Source: a virus
DNA: 64,000 nucleotides
Strand: one strand, 5' to 3'
Virus record (IMG/VR): IMGVR_UViG_3300049216_000067
Of the stretch, positions 1-10,074 are shown piece after piece; the first letter of the stretch is position 1, and each line of letters opens with the position of its first letter. The notes beneath the pieces are model-generated. The model was given only the letters and a program-made list of their open reading frames with translations. It was not told the origin of the DNA and did not search any database. The position numbers and the translations under genes were made by a program.

Positions 1-1418
1 AATGGAATTAACTTCTTTTGAAGATAAACAGATGCTGTAGAAGACAACACAGAATTTTCAGAATCATCAACTGTTCTTAGCAAACGAGATAGACGAAATT
101 CTGAATTAAAAGTGTTCAAATTTAAATTGGCATAATTTTCAACTGCACTAATGATAGTGTTGATCAATTGTGTTTCAGTTAAAGTGGTCTGTGTAGAATC
201 GTAATCAACATCAAATGAAAGATTTAAGAAGTTGTAATCGGCTTCAACAAACTCTGGAGTAACAGTCAATACACTAATAGGAGCGATGACACTTTGAGTC
301 AAATATTGCTGTTGTTGAACAGTAATACCGTAACCGTTCTTAGGTTTAGCAGAAATAAAGACCTTACCATACACAGGTGGATTAAGAGTTTCACCACCCC
401 AAACAGTGACAGCATCAAAATATGGGTAGTTTTTGTTGATTAAGGCTACGTAGTCGTTAATTGTAACGGCACGATTTTGCGCAATATAACTCTTAGGTGC
501 TGAAAACTTGATAGAAGCCACATCTTCTATTGGTGTTCCACCGTAGCTAGATTGTACTGTAGTGACGTTTGAAGTAGATCCAGACAACAAAGCACTTTGA
601 AGAGTAAATCCATCAAGATCATTAGCCGCATTGGCACTTGTTGTGATATATGAAATAACAACAATGTTACCGTCTTGAAGAGCAGAGCCAATAATTCCAT
701 CACCAAAATAAATGTTGTAAGAGGCATTTGCGCCTTCTTCAATGAAGTAAACGTTTGAAGTGCCACTAACCGTAGTGAAATCTTCGGCCAAATTAAAATA
801 AGTTTTATAAGTGTTAACCGTAGAAGTCTGAACAATAACTTGAAGAGTACTGGTATCAACATTAGCATCAACAATGTTAAAGCTAGCTGTCGGATTAGTT
901 GAACTATCTGCAATGAATGTTTTGATTACAGGAGAACCTTCAGCAATCTGAACATTATTAAAATAGAAAGTATTACCATCAACACCAGCTGTGGTGTCAT
1001 CAAGTGTTACGAAATTATAAGAACTACCGTTCAACGCATCAGAAGAAAATTGACTGAAGCGAGGAAGTGTAAGAATTGAAGTGTTATCAGTATTAGAACG
1101 TGTTACAGCAACATTTACAGTAGCTTGAGCAGCAACAGCAGAACGAGGCGTGTAACCCAATGCCTTAGCATGAGATACGACTGTAGAACGAAGAACAGCT
1201 GTATCCAAGAACATTTCATTGGCAACGAGGTTCAAATAGATAGCGTTGTAGTGAGTATTGTACGCCAAAATATCTAGAAGAACATTAAAAGCTGATCCAG
1301 TGAAATCGTAATCTTGAAACTCACTTTGACTTTGCAAGTAAGTAATAAGATTTTGTTTGATAGAATCAAAATCAAGACTGGTAAGCTGAAGCTTGCTGGT
1401 ATTTGCTGTGACGCCCAT
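1..1418 (-). CDS. gp6: Baseplate wedge subunit gp6 (runs off window start)
   Basis: Manual translation from ATG 1418: MGVTANTSKLQLTSLDFDSIKQNL...DYDFTGSAFNVLLDILAYNTHY...ANEMFLDTAVLRSTVVSHAKALGYTPRS, the T4 gp6 N-terminal signature. It follows gp25. Confidence 0.92.
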   Translation of the reverse strand, partial: MGVTANTSKLQLTSLDFDSIKQNLITYLQSQSEFQDYDFTGSAFNVLLDILAYNTHYNAIYLNLVANEMFLDTAVLRSTVVSHAKALGYTPRSAVAAQATVNVAVTRSNTDNTSILTLPRFSQFSSDALNGSSYNFVTLDDTTAGVDGNTFYFNNVQIAEGSPVIKTFIADSSTNPTASFNIVDANVDTSTLQVIVQTSTVNTYKTYFNLAEDFTTVSGTSNVYFIEEGANASYNIYFGDGIIGSALQDGNIVVISYITTSANAANDLDGFTLQSALLSGSTSNVTTVQSSYGGTPIEDVASIKFSAPKSYIAQNRAVTINDYVALINKNYPYFDAVTVWGGETLNPPVYGKVFISAKPKNGYGITVQQQQYLTQSVIAPISVLTVTPEFVEADYNFLNLSFDVDYDSTQTTLTETQLINTIISAVENYANLNLNTFNSEFRLSRLLRTVDDSENSVLSSTASVYLQKKLIP

Positions 1419-1421
1419 GGT

Positions 1422-1841
1422 TTAACGGAGCCTCTGAAGAAAAGTGTTAATAGTAATAGGTGTAGAAATACCACCAGCTACCTGGAAAACAATCGTGACG
1501 CTATAGCCGTCTTGTGTATTATTGGTTTGAACGATGACATCCAAAACTTGTGCTCTCGGTTCGAAGTTAGCCAATACGTCTTTAATTTCTGAAGACAATA
1601 AATTGGCTGTAACACCGTCAACCAATTCGAACAACAACTTACGAACGTTGCCACCAATTTCTGGATGAAATGGACGTTCATAGTGGTTAGTAGAAACTAG
1701 ATTGACGATTGATTGGACAACGCTGTTAATACCAGTAACCTTCGTCAAATCCCCAGTCATCGGATTTGGTATGAAATCGATGTTGAAGTCAGAATATTGA
1801 CGAGTTTGAAGCGGTGTACTGAGTGTAGGTGCTGTTGCCAT
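1422..1841 (-). CDS. gp25: Baseplate wedge subunit gp25
   Basis: YSDF...V.QSI.NLV.T..YERPFHPEIG...FEPR motif; lies between gp5 and gp6. Confidence 0.93.
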   Translation of the reverse strand: MATAPTLSTPLQTRQYSDFNIDFIPNPMTGDLTKVTGINSVVQSIVNLVSTNHYERPFHPEIGGNVRKLLFELVDGVTANLLSSEIKDVLANFEPRAQVLDVIVQTNNTQDGYSVTIVFQVAGGISTPITINTFLQRLR

Positions 1842-1867
1842 TGATACTTCTCTTAAGGATCAACTAT

Positions 1868-3877
1868 TTAGCTAAGGAAAAGTGTTTTTTCTTTCATACG
1901 TCTTGTTGTCAATCCTGGAAGTACCTTACCAGCCGCCTTGTTCCAAAGAAGGAATGCTGAACCAGCGGCACACCACTGTTGAGCGTTGATATTCTTAAGT
2001 ACAGAACTTTTAAGCCAATTGTTTGGACCAATGTTGTAGATAAGGCTAAGACAAGCATCGAGCATGTTTTGCGTGATCTGAACATTAATACTTTTTTGGA
2101 GAACTGGAAGGAACGCATTTTCAACACATGTTCCAAGATAATCCAATGCGGTAGCGCGACTAATAGTGTCACCCAAACTGATTGGTTTACCCAATGCAGC
2201 TTGAGTTGTGCCATAACCGATTGTGATAGGTTGTGCGCCGGTTGCTGGATCGGGGTATGCAGTGACTGTGTCTGGACTGATAACCTTTGCAAAACCTTCT
2301 GCTGATTGAATAAGGTTCAAACCATTCTGACTGATAGACCATTGAGATGAATCTGTAAGAAAAGTCTTTGTGGTTGCATCAAACATACAACCGGCAGTAT
2401 TAATGTTTGCAGTGTTAGCATCCGGAGCAACCAAATTATTGTTGGCAACCGTGTTGTTAGGACCGGAATCCAGGAACAAACGCTGAACGTAAGCAGAACC
2501 AGTAATAGGATCAAGCTGAACACTATTAATGTTAAATGGAACTGGAACTTCTTCTGGTGGAGCAACGCCCGTATTCTTCGTAAGAGCGGACATACCACCT
2601 GGGATGCCAGATGGGGTACCTGCCGTTGCTGTCCCGGCTCCTGAGGCAGTAGGTGCGCCCTGGTTAACGCTGGTAAGAGTGGCTATTTGCACTTCACCTG
2701 AAATACCAACCGTAACACCGGTCAAAGCAGCCTGACCTGACGCTAATATGTTAACATCTGAACCTTCTGCATTGAAATCACCACTGGCATTAAAATTAAG
2801 ATCGCCACCAGAACTAATCGTCGTAACGCCAGCTGTGATATCTACACTGGATTCACCTGTTATGAATGTCTGTTTTCCTATTACCGTGGCAGTTTCTGAA
2901 CCGGATAAATTGATGTTTTCTGCTTGAACGTTAAAGTTACCACCAACAGAAAAATCCATATCACCGGCAACATTAGCGGTTAACTTACCTCCAGATTCTA
3001 AGATCGTGTCACCTTTGACTCGAACAAGGCAGTCACCGTCTACGCTAATAGCAACCGTACCCATGACATGAATATGATCATCTGCCATGACAATTGAGTA
3101 ACGGCTTCTTGTTACTTTTTCAACAACAGAACCGGATGGATAAAATTCAACAAATGACCCAGTACGATGTGCAATATGAATACGTTCTGATCCTGGTGTA
3201 TCATCATATTCGATTACATGACCAGATTCCGTGACTGTGGCGATATCATATGGATATTCAGGGTTATAAGCCGGATATGGTTCTGACCATCTATAGTTGT
3301 TAGCTGATACGACATTCAAATCCAAGTTATTTTTACGAGCGTTGATAACGGTGTTTGCAAGATTTTGGTAACGACTGACACCAGAGATAGAAATTTGATT
3401 CAGTTCATCTGCATTTGGGTGACGTAAAGATTCAAGAACAGCAGCATTAGCTGTATTGGCTTCTGTGATAGTAATACCTGAACCGTCAGTATTATAAGTT
3501 CGGCTTACAGGTACTTTAGGTGCCAAAGCAATGGTTGCTTCACTTCTCAAATCATGGAATCCAGATCCAACGTTAGGTGGATTGGTTTCAAATCCAGGAA
3601 TAATACCTAACATCAAAGGAAGCTGTTTAGATCCATCAAGCCAAACACCAAAAGCTACATCAGATTCTTTTGGTGTAGAGAATGTCTTACCATTAGTGTC
3701 TTGTAATATTTGTGCCCAAGGAAGATTTTGAGAAGGTAGTTCAGTTAAAGAAGGATTATGAACACCGTATATACGAACCTGCACGCGACCCAATTCAAGT
3801 GGGTCTTGACGATTTTCAACAACGCCAACCCAGAATCCCTGGAAATCTTCACCGGCAAAATATTTTGCAATTTGCAT
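1868..3877 (-). CDS. gp5: Baseplate hub/spike gp5 with C-terminal GH24 lysozyme
   Basis: N-terminal OB fold (GVVENRQDPLELGRVQVRIYG), TESGHVIEYDDTPGSERI, beta-helix repeats, C-terminal EGF...AYPD...TIGYG...GLTTRR lysozyme. Confidence 0.92.
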   Translation of the reverse strand: MQIAKYFAGEDFQGFWVGVVENRQDPLELGRVQVRIYGVHNPSLTELPSQNLPWAQILQDTNGKTFSTPKESDVAFGVWLDGSKQLPLMLGIIPGFETNPPNVGSGFHDLRSEATIALAPKVPVSRTYNTDGSGITITEANTANAAVLESLRHPNADELNQISISGVSRYQNLANTVINARKNNLDLNVVSANNYRWSEPYPAYNPEYPYDIATVTESGHVIEYDDTPGSERIHIAHRTGSFVEFYPSGSVVEKVTRSRYSIVMADDHIHVMGTVAISVDGDCLVRVKGDTILESGGKLTANVAGDMDFSVGGNFNVQAENINLSGSETATVIGKQTFITGESSVDITAGVTTISSGGDLNFNASGDFNAEGSDVNILASGQAALTGVTVGISGEVQIATLTSVNQGAPTASGAGTATAGTPSGIPGGMSALTKNTGVAPPEEVPVPFNINSVQLDPITGSAYVQRLFLDSGPNNTVANNNLVAPDANTANINTAGCMFDATTKTFLTDSSQWSISQNGLNLIQSAEGFAKVISPDTVTAYPDPATGAQPITIGYGTTQAALGKPISLGDTISRATALDYLGTCVENAFLPVLQKSINVQITQNMLDACLSLIYNIGPNNWLKSSVLKNINAQQWCAAGSAFLLWNKAAGKVLPGLTTRRMKEKTLFLS

Positions 3878-5181
3878 TAGCTTGATATTATTTGTTTAAT
3901 AGTTTGAGAGCCGTTTGTAGGTGCTGCTAACTGCGCAGAAACCGTGTCTGATAGAAGTTCTACGATTGTCGCCGCTGTGTCCAAAATAAATTTATGATGA
4001 ACACTAGAAACAAGATAACGGCCTGTTCTCATAGGATCATTAGCCGTAGTTGCGTCCTGAATTTCCATCTTTGGGACTACTACTCCGATTACGGAACCAG
4101 TCTTAAGAAGAATGTCACCAGGAACAACACCCACAATCTTGAATGTATTTAACATGCCCAATCTTGATGTGGTTTGCGGTAACCATTTCTTAAGGTTTGC
4201 TGGATTACTGGTTGTATCGGAATCAGTTGAAATGACAAACTTCAACATGTTTCCATCTGTTTGAAACACTGAATAACCAAACCTATTTGTAAAATCGTTG
4301 CACGGTAGAAAATTATTGAGAATAGCGTTGTTAGAAAGTTGTTTAGCATTAAAATTAACCGCAGTAAATTGTCTATTGACGATATCAAACGTGGCTAAAG
4401 TGGAAGAGAATGCTCCAGACTTCATAGTCTTTAGCATGTCAAAATCTTGCGTGACTTGAATTAGATTGAAAGTGTTACTGTTATAAACAGGATTTTGTCC
4501 TAATTTAATATTGAAACCATAAATCTGATAGGTTGGCTGCTGTAGTAATGTTTCATAAGAAACAAAGTTGAAACCGTCTCTATTTTCAAAAAAGAAATAA
4601 AGATTTTTGGCTGGACCATATGATCTAGGTGTAAGCCAAGATATTGCTTCAAGTGCGGACATGCGCGGAATTATGATGTCGAATACACCAGAAGTTTGTT
4701 CGATAATGTTTATCTTAGAAGGAGATACTCTAAGTTTGTTAAGCAATAGATCGCTGATCATTTGGTCTATTCTTAGACCTTTGTATGACTTACTGATCAT
4801 GCTTTGTGTTGAAAGAAATAACTCTTCAGAGCAAAAGTGTATGGTGTAATTTTGCAAACCATTAGAACCAAGAGATCTGTCGCTAATTTTGTATATGCGA
4901 AAAGTTTTGTTGATTGGTTTGTTTAAGCTAGGTTTATCTACATTTACTTGAATAAATTCATTGCCGTGCATTTTGAAAGAAGATATCAAATCGAGAGCAT
5001 CACCCATGACGACACTTCCAGTCATGACAGGACTCCAAATATCTTCATACAAATTTAGCTCAACTATAAGTCCTCTAATATCAACAATTTTACCGTCACT
5101 AGTAACGATGTTTAACGTGTTGAGTTTGTAATCAGATGAAGCAATTAAACCAATTGTATCTGATGAAGTATTTGATGACAT
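3877..5181 (-). CDS. Putative baseplate hub protein (gp27/late-control-D-like)
   Basis: 434 aa between gp53 and gp5; LNLYEDI, FFFENRDGFNF and GRYLVSSVHH motifs typical of this position in environmental T4-like phages. Confidence 0.6.
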   Translation of the reverse strand: MSSNTSSDTIGLIASSDYKLNTLNIVTSDGKIVDIRGLIVELNLYEDIWSPVMTGSVVMGDALDLISSFKMHGNEFIQVNVDKPSLNKPINKTFRIYKISDRSLGSNGLQNYTIHFCSEELFLSTQSMISKSYKGLRIDQMISDLLLNKLRVSPSKINIIEQTSGVFDIIIPRMSALEAISWLTPRSYGPAKNLYFFFENRDGFNFVSYETLLQQPTYQIYGFNIKLGQNPVYNSNTFNLIQVTQDFDMLKTMKSGAFSSTLATFDIVNRQFTAVNFNAKQLSNNAILNNFLPCNDFTNRFGYSVFQTDGNMLKFVISTDSDTTSNPANLKKWLPQTTSRLGMLNTFKIVGVVPGDILLKTGSVIGVVVPKMEIQDATTANDPMRTGRYLVSSVHHKFILDTAATIVELLSDTVSAQLAAPTNGSQTIKQIISS

Positions 5182-5195
5182 TATCTAAATCTCGT

Positions 5196-5870
5196 TTATG
5201 TTCCAAGAAGGCTTTGGAACTGTGCTTCAATTTGTGGAGCGTAAGAAGCATCAATTAAAGTTATTTCTCTTTTAGCTTCATTGATAGCTACTTCATTATC
5301 GTAAGCAGTCACAGCATTCAACGTTGTAACCGTGTTGACAATAGAACCATCAGATGTAACAACAGTGACATCAGACACAGTAACTATTGGATTATCGATA
5401 GTCGGAAGAGTACGTGAAATAATTTGATTTGTAGCAAAATTGTAGCTGTATGGTTCATCGGTGACTGTTGTTATATATGTAACCGTATTTGATGAACCAT
5501 TGATTGTGGTTGTAACCGTTTCTACCTGTTGTATTACAGCTAACTCACTTTGTGCAGCTTCTATAGAACCGTATGACGCAATGATGTTGTTGGCAAAGTC
5601 GTTTGAGTTCAAAGGCAGATCAAAATAAGGATCTATAATAGTGTTTGCGAATATGATGATCCAATGGCGCAAAGGATCACCATAAAATTTGAAAGCAACA
5701 CTTTCTAATGTATCACCGTCTTTCCATGGGTATTTGTAGTAAACAAGAGAATTGTTTAATACGGCTGAAATTGTATCGACACGAGTAAAGATATTCTTCA
5801 GCACATAAAATTGCTGAAGGTCTTTATCAAATGTATAGTAAATGTTTGGAAATTGTTCGAAATAATTCAT
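5196..5870 (-). CDS. gp53: Baseplate wedge gp53
   Basis: YFEQFP..Y, LysM-like GDTLESVAFKFYGD...HWII...N, NEAKREI. Confidence 0.88.
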   Translation of the reverse strand: MNYFEQFPNIYYTFDKDLQQFYVLKNIFTRVDTISAVLNNSLVYYKYPWKDGDTLESVAFKFYGDPLRHWIIIFANTIIDPYFDLPLNSNDFANNIIASYGSIEAAQSELAVIQQVETVTTTINGSSNTVTYITTVTDEPYSYNFATNQIISRTLPTIDNPIVTVSDVTVVTSDGSIVNTVTTLNAVTAYDNEVAINEAKREITLIDASYAPQIEAQFQSLLGT

Positions 5871-7036
5871 TAGTAGCCGTACTTAGCGATCAACTCGCGT
5901 GTGATGATATCCATTTCTGTAAATTGCAAATCCAAATCGATCTTCAAAGGAGAACCATCATTAAATGTTGTCCAAGTACCAGCACCTGAGTAATTGACTG
6001 TAATTTGAGTCAATGCACAGGTAGAAATTTTTGCGATAGATGGATTTTCCTGCTGCATAAAATAAAAAGAAATGTCGAACTGTGCTGGTGGGATGAAATA
6101 ACGACCACCGGCTTCATTGCTTACTTCAGGAGCAGCAAATGCTTTGAATGTTTTTATGATGTTGTAGATCGCCACAGATTCTTGTTGAGAACGTGGAATG
6201 AAATGAAATATAAAAGAATATTGTCTGTTCTGTGTTTTCTTAAACAACATTTCAATGTGTGGGTTAACAGCTTTACCCTGAGACTTGACGTAAAGATCTG
6301 TAAATCCTTGGCCTACAGCGCCAGTACTTTGAACAAGATCAGCACCCAATTCACCTTCTTGAGCATAATTGAATGATTTATTTGGTTCATCGGAAAACAA
6401 ATTTTTAGCTGCTGTTTCTGCAATATCTTTCAGAGAACTAATAGCACCTTTGAAAGAACCGCCCAACTGAGAGTACTTACCGATATTACCACCGGCTTCT
6501 GTTGCGCTGGCACCTTCCCATTCGTGAGCGTAGGTAGTAGACACCGTTTCAGGCATGTAGATAGAAATTGATTGAGAAATTCTTTGTAGCTTAGGCTGAA
6601 GATTTAAAGTTGTTAACAATCCTGCTCCAGCGACGGCACCGACACTGGCTTTAATGGCCGGATCGACACCAGAATTCACCAATGTGGTTACACCGGTTAA
6701 GAATGTACCGGCAGCAACATTTGAACCGCTACCAACAGGCGCATAGGTACCACCCTGAGAATTAAGCGTGTCATAATTTTGTGATGATGCGCTTTGACCG
6801 TTACCATTTGAACTTGTCGTAGAATTTTGAAAGTACTTAGAAGTAGTTGGAAGATTAATATTAAAAACCACATAGTGCGGGCAATCTGCACCACCAATGC
6901 CTTCTAATGGGAACCTTGCTTGACTAATAGCATATGGGTCTTTGTCTAGAACGGCAGTAGGTCCAACTCCAGAGCTTTGAGCACCCTGAGTAGGAGTACT
7001 TGCTAATGTTGAAGTTGTAAAAGGAATTGCTGGCAT
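5870..7036 (-). CDS. gp48: Baseplate tail-tube cap gp48
   Basis: IYMP, NPHIEMLF...RQYSFIFHFIPRS..ES, CALTQITVNY, LQFTE. Confidence 0.85.
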   Translation of the reverse strand: MPAIPFTTSTLASTPTQGAQSSGVGPTAVLDKDPYAISQARFPLEGIGGADCPHYVVFNINLPTTSKYFQNSTTSSNGNGQSASSQNYDTLNSQGGTYAPVGSGSNVAAGTFLTGVTTLVNSGVDPAIKASVGAVAGAGLLTTLNLQPKLQRISQSISIYMPETVSTTYAHEWEGASATEAGGNIGKYSQLGGSFKGAISSLKDIAETAAKNLFSDEPNKSFNYAQEGELGADLVQSTGAVGQGFTDLYVKSQGKAVNPHIEMLFKKTQNRQYSFIFHFIPRSQQESVAIYNIIKTFKAFAAPEVSNEAGGRYFIPPAQFDISFYFMQQENPSIAKISTCALTQITVNYSGAGTWTTFNDGSPLKIDLDLQFTEMDIITRELIAKYGY

Positions 7037-7080
7037 GAGGATATATACACAATGGAATAATCAATTATTTAGTGTGTATT

Positions 7081-7254
7081 ATGGGACGACCTATTGGATC
7101 GAAGAATAAGCAACCATATCCTAAATCTGAAGCTGTTTTGAGAAGATTGGAAGATTCCAAACATTTCTTAAATATAAGAAGACATACCAAAGGTTGGAAT
7201 CATACTGATAAAACTAAACAACTTATGTCAGATTTAAAACGTATTAGTAAGTAA
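7081..7254 (+). CDS. Small basic protein with NUMOD3-like DNA-binding motif (homing endonuclease remnant?)
   Basis: GRPIGSKNK and KGWNHTDKTKQLMS; ATG 7081 preferred as start. Confidence 0.5.
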   Translation: MGRPIGSKNKQPYPKSEAVLRRLEDSKHFLNIRRHTKGWNHTDKTKQLMSDLKRISK

Positions 7255-7288
7255 TGGGTGGAAACCTCACCCGCGTAGGACTGGAAGA

Positions 7289-7720
7289 ATGGCATATCAA
7301 GGTAAATTTTCATTAACTAACCCCAAAAAATATGTGGGTAATGTAAATCAAGTTTTCTATAGATCACTATGGGAAAGAACCATGATGGTTCGTCTTGATG
7401 AAAGAAATGATGTTATTGAATGGTCTAGCGAAGAATTAAGAATTCCCTATAGAAGTCCTATAGATGGAAAAATACATATTTACTTTCCTGATTTTTTTTG
7501 TAAATATGATACTGGCAGAGTCGAAATAATAGAAGTAAAACCTGCCAAGCAATGTGTAGAACCAATAAAACCTAAAAGAACTACGAAAAAATACATCAAT
7601 GAGATAACCGAATATGGACGCAATTTAGCTAAATGGGATGCCGCTCGTGCTATGTGTGCTGATAAGGGCTGGCATTTTATCATTCTAACCGAGAATGAAA
7701 TCTATGGAAAGAAGCCCTAA
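7289..7720 (+). CDS. gp4: Head completion nuclease gp4
   Basis: NPKKYVG..YRSLWER..WSSEE..IPY.SPIDGK.H.YFPDF..EVKP..N.AKW. Confidence 0.92.
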   Translation: MAYQGKFSLTNPKKYVGNVNQVFYRSLWERTMMVRLDERNDVIEWSSEELRIPYRSPIDGKIHIYFPDFFCKYDTGRVEIIEVKPAKQCVEPIKPKRTTKKYINEITEYGRNLAKWDAARAMCADKGWHFIILTENEIYGKKP

Positions 7721-7728
7721 ATAGTTTC

Positions 7729-8250
7729 ATGCCATCATCAAGAAAACCTAATGTAAACGACTCTCGCGAATCCATTCGTTGGTTTGTTCGTATCCTTAAG
7801 AATTTGGATACAAAACAAATAAAACGTGAACAGCTGGGTGAATACGTTAATAGGCCACAACTTGGTAAGCTATGTTGTTATTACTACGATCCAAAAACTA
7901 AGGAAACACTTCCTTATTGGGATAGGTTTCCGTTGGTAATGCCTTTAGATTATCAAGATAACGGCTACATTCTTGGTTTGAACCTACATTATCTTCCACC
8001 AGAAGCCAGAATGGTTTTGTTCGATCAATTGTTTGCTGTTCGTGCTAGAAAAGATCTAACAGTAGAAAATCAAATCCTAATGTCTTACATGGTTTTAAAA
8101 AGAACATCACAATTTCCAGGTTGGAGAGATTGTATCAAGCGTTATATTCCATCTCATATTCAATCTCGTGTTTTAGAAATTGATCCATTGAGTTGGAAGC
8201 TTGCTGTCGCCTTACCCACTCAAATGTTTGTCAAAAAGCGTCCTTGGTAA
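7729..8250 (+). CDS. gp2: DNA end protector gp2
   Basis: YDPKTKETLPYWDRFPL...GLNLHYLPP...CIKRY. Confidence 0.92.
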   Translation: MPSSRKPNVNDSRESIRWFVRILKNLDTKQIKREQLGEYVNRPQLGKLCCYYYDPKTKETLPYWDRFPLVMPLDYQDNGYILGLNLHYLPPEARMVLFDQLFAVRARKDLTVENQILMSYMVLKRTSQFPGWRDCIKRYIPSHIQSRVLEIDPLSWKLAVALPTQMFVKKRPW

Positions 8251-8255
8251 ATTAA

Positions 8256-9119
8256 ATGTCATCAAAAAATTTATTCGGTCTTAATGTTAATTTAACCAAC
8301 CAAGGTTTGACTGGATCAGCTAGTCTTAAAATACCTGGCTTGCCTGGTATATCTTTGACTTATCCATTTTTAAGCGGTGTGACTAATCCACCGACGAATC
8401 CTAATTTTAGCATCAATAATTTCATTCAAAATCTAAACCAACACAATGAAACTGCTAGAACCGACAAGTTTGATGTTTTGATTATACCACCAGCAAGTGT
8501 AGCCAATTACGCCGGTCTATCTCCAGCTGCCATTGGTAGAGGATTAAATCTTCAATGTGAAATATCAGAACTTCCTGGTCGTGATATTCAAATGCAAGAA
8601 TATACGATTCACGCATTTGTAAGAAGGGTTCCTCACCAAAATCAATACGGTTCAGCTAATTTTACATTCATTTGTACTGGTGATTTCTGGGAAAAAAGTA
8701 TGTTTGATGCTTGGTTAGATTTGATGGTTCCTGCACAAACAGGTTTAGTAAATTACCCATTAGATGCTAATAACAACCGTAATTACGAGTGTGATATCTA
8801 TTGTAACCAATATGACATGACTGGAACTCAAATTTATCAAGCACAGCTTGTTGATGCTGTGCCGACTTCCGTGTCTGTTTTAAACCAATCATGGGATAAC
8901 GATGCTATCCATCGCTTAAATGTGACGTTTGCTTTCCGTAAGTGGGTTACTGTTGATACTGACTATCAAACAGTTACGACATTTGCTGGATCTAATCCAC
9001 AAGTCCTACCTTCATTAACTAGCGGAATTATCAATACGATTGCTAATTCTCCTATCGTTTCTCAAGATCTTAGAAAAGGAAATGCCGCTCTAAATAGCGC
9101 AATCAAAAAATTAATTTAA
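8256..9119 (+). CDS. gp54: Tail tube initiator gp54-like
   Basis: ARTDKFDV, CEISELPG, FDAW, AVPTSV, L.VTFAFRKW; syntenic position. Confidence 0.8.
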   Translation: MSSKNLFGLNVNLTNQGLTGSASLKIPGLPGISLTYPFLSGVTNPPTNPNFSINNFIQNLNQHNETARTDKFDVLIIPPASVANYAGLSPAAIGRGLNLQCEISELPGRDIQMQEYTIHAFVRRVPHQNQYGSANFTFICTGDFWEKSMFDAWLDLMVPAQTGLVNYPLDANNNRNYECDIYCNQYDMTGTQIYQAQLVDAVPTSVSVLNQSWDNDAIHRLNVTFAFRKWVTVDTDYQTVTTFAGSNPQVLPSLTSGIINTIANSPIVSQDLRKGNAALNSAIKKLI

Positions 9120-9131
9120 TAGGTGATAATT

Positions 9132-9863
9132 ATGAAACTGCCAGAAATGAAGCACCCACAATATGAGGTGCAACTTCTCTCTTATCCTAATCCAATCAAG
9201 TATAGACCATTTACAGTTCGTGAAGAAATGATTCTACGAATGGCTGTTGAAGCTAAAGATTTGGATTCTACTGTCAACGCTTTAAAACAAGTTGTTGAAA
9301 ATTGTCTTGTCTCTGAAATCGATGTTGATAACATGGCCATTGTAGATATGGAAACTTTGTTTCTTCATTTACGTGCTAGATCTATCGGTGAAACAGGTAG
9401 TCAGTTTTTCAAATGTAAGAATGAAGTGACTACTACTGAAGGACAAAAGAAAGAATGTGGAATGTTACTTGAAGTTCCAATCAAATACTTAGAGGTTCCT
9501 GTTATTAACAACAATGCAGAAAGAAACATCAAGTTTAGTGACGATATGGGAGTCACAATGAAGTTTCCTTCTTATAAGGTTGCAAAAGAATTAATAAACC
9601 TAGAACAAGAAGAAGCTGAGGTTACTTTAGTCGCGTTGTGTATTGATAAAATCTTTAGCAGTGAAGAAGTTTTTAATGCTGATGACTGCACCCTAGAAGA
9701 ATTAGTAGAATTCGTATTGAAGCTTCATACCGATAAATATGAAAAAATGAAAGAGTTTTGTTTTAACGCCCCAAAGAATCAGTTAACCGTACAAAAAAAG
9801 TGCGCTAGGTGTGAATATGAGCATTCATTCACCTTGGAGGGTATCCAAGATTTTTTCGGGTAG
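9132..9863 (+). CDS. gp26: Baseplate hub assembly chaperone gp26
   Basis: YRPFTVREE, FLHLRARSIGE, C-terminal CARC...TLEGIQDFF. Confidence 0.9.
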   Translation: MKLPEMKHPQYEVQLLSYPNPIKYRPFTVREEMILRMAVEAKDLDSTVNALKQVVENCLVSEIDVDNMAIVDMETLFLHLRARSIGETGSQFFKCKNEVTTTEGQKKECGMLLEVPIKYLEVPVINNNAERNIKFSDDMGVTMKFPSYKVAKELINLEQEEAEVTLVALCIDKIFSSEEVFNADDCTLEELVEFVLKLHTDKYEKMKEFCFNAPKNQLTVQKKCARCEYEHSFTLEGIQDFFG

Positions 9864-10072
9864 GCTTTGGTAATGATTCGTTAGAGGCTCAGTTTAAACT
9901 GAACTTTAATATGCTGTATCATCAAAAAATTGATTTCACTATGTTTGATGATCGAATGCCTTGGGAAAGGGATGTATACGTTGGTATGCTAATCCGTCAA
10001 GTTGAAGAAGATAATGAGAAAGAAAAGTTGAGGCAACAAGAGAAAAGAGCTAGGGCTAGAACTAGACGTTAA
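9851..10072 (+). CDS. gp51: Baseplate hub assembly protein gp51 (in the -1 frame of gp26; first ATG only at 9911)
   Basis: Manual translation: GFGNDSLEAQFKLNFNMLYHQKIDFTMFDDRMPWERDVYVGMLIRQVEEDNEK; not in the ORF track. Confidence 0.85.
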   Translation, partial: FFRVGFGNDSLEAQFKLNFNMLYHQKIDFTMFDDRMPWERDVYVGMLIRQVEEDNEKEKLRQQEKRARARTRR

Positions 10073-10074
10073 AA

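Noticed and set aside
527-2735. Alternative-frame and antisense ORFs inside gp6, gp25 and gp5 (and similar ones throughout the window)
   Set aside because: Shadow ORFs of well-supported genes.
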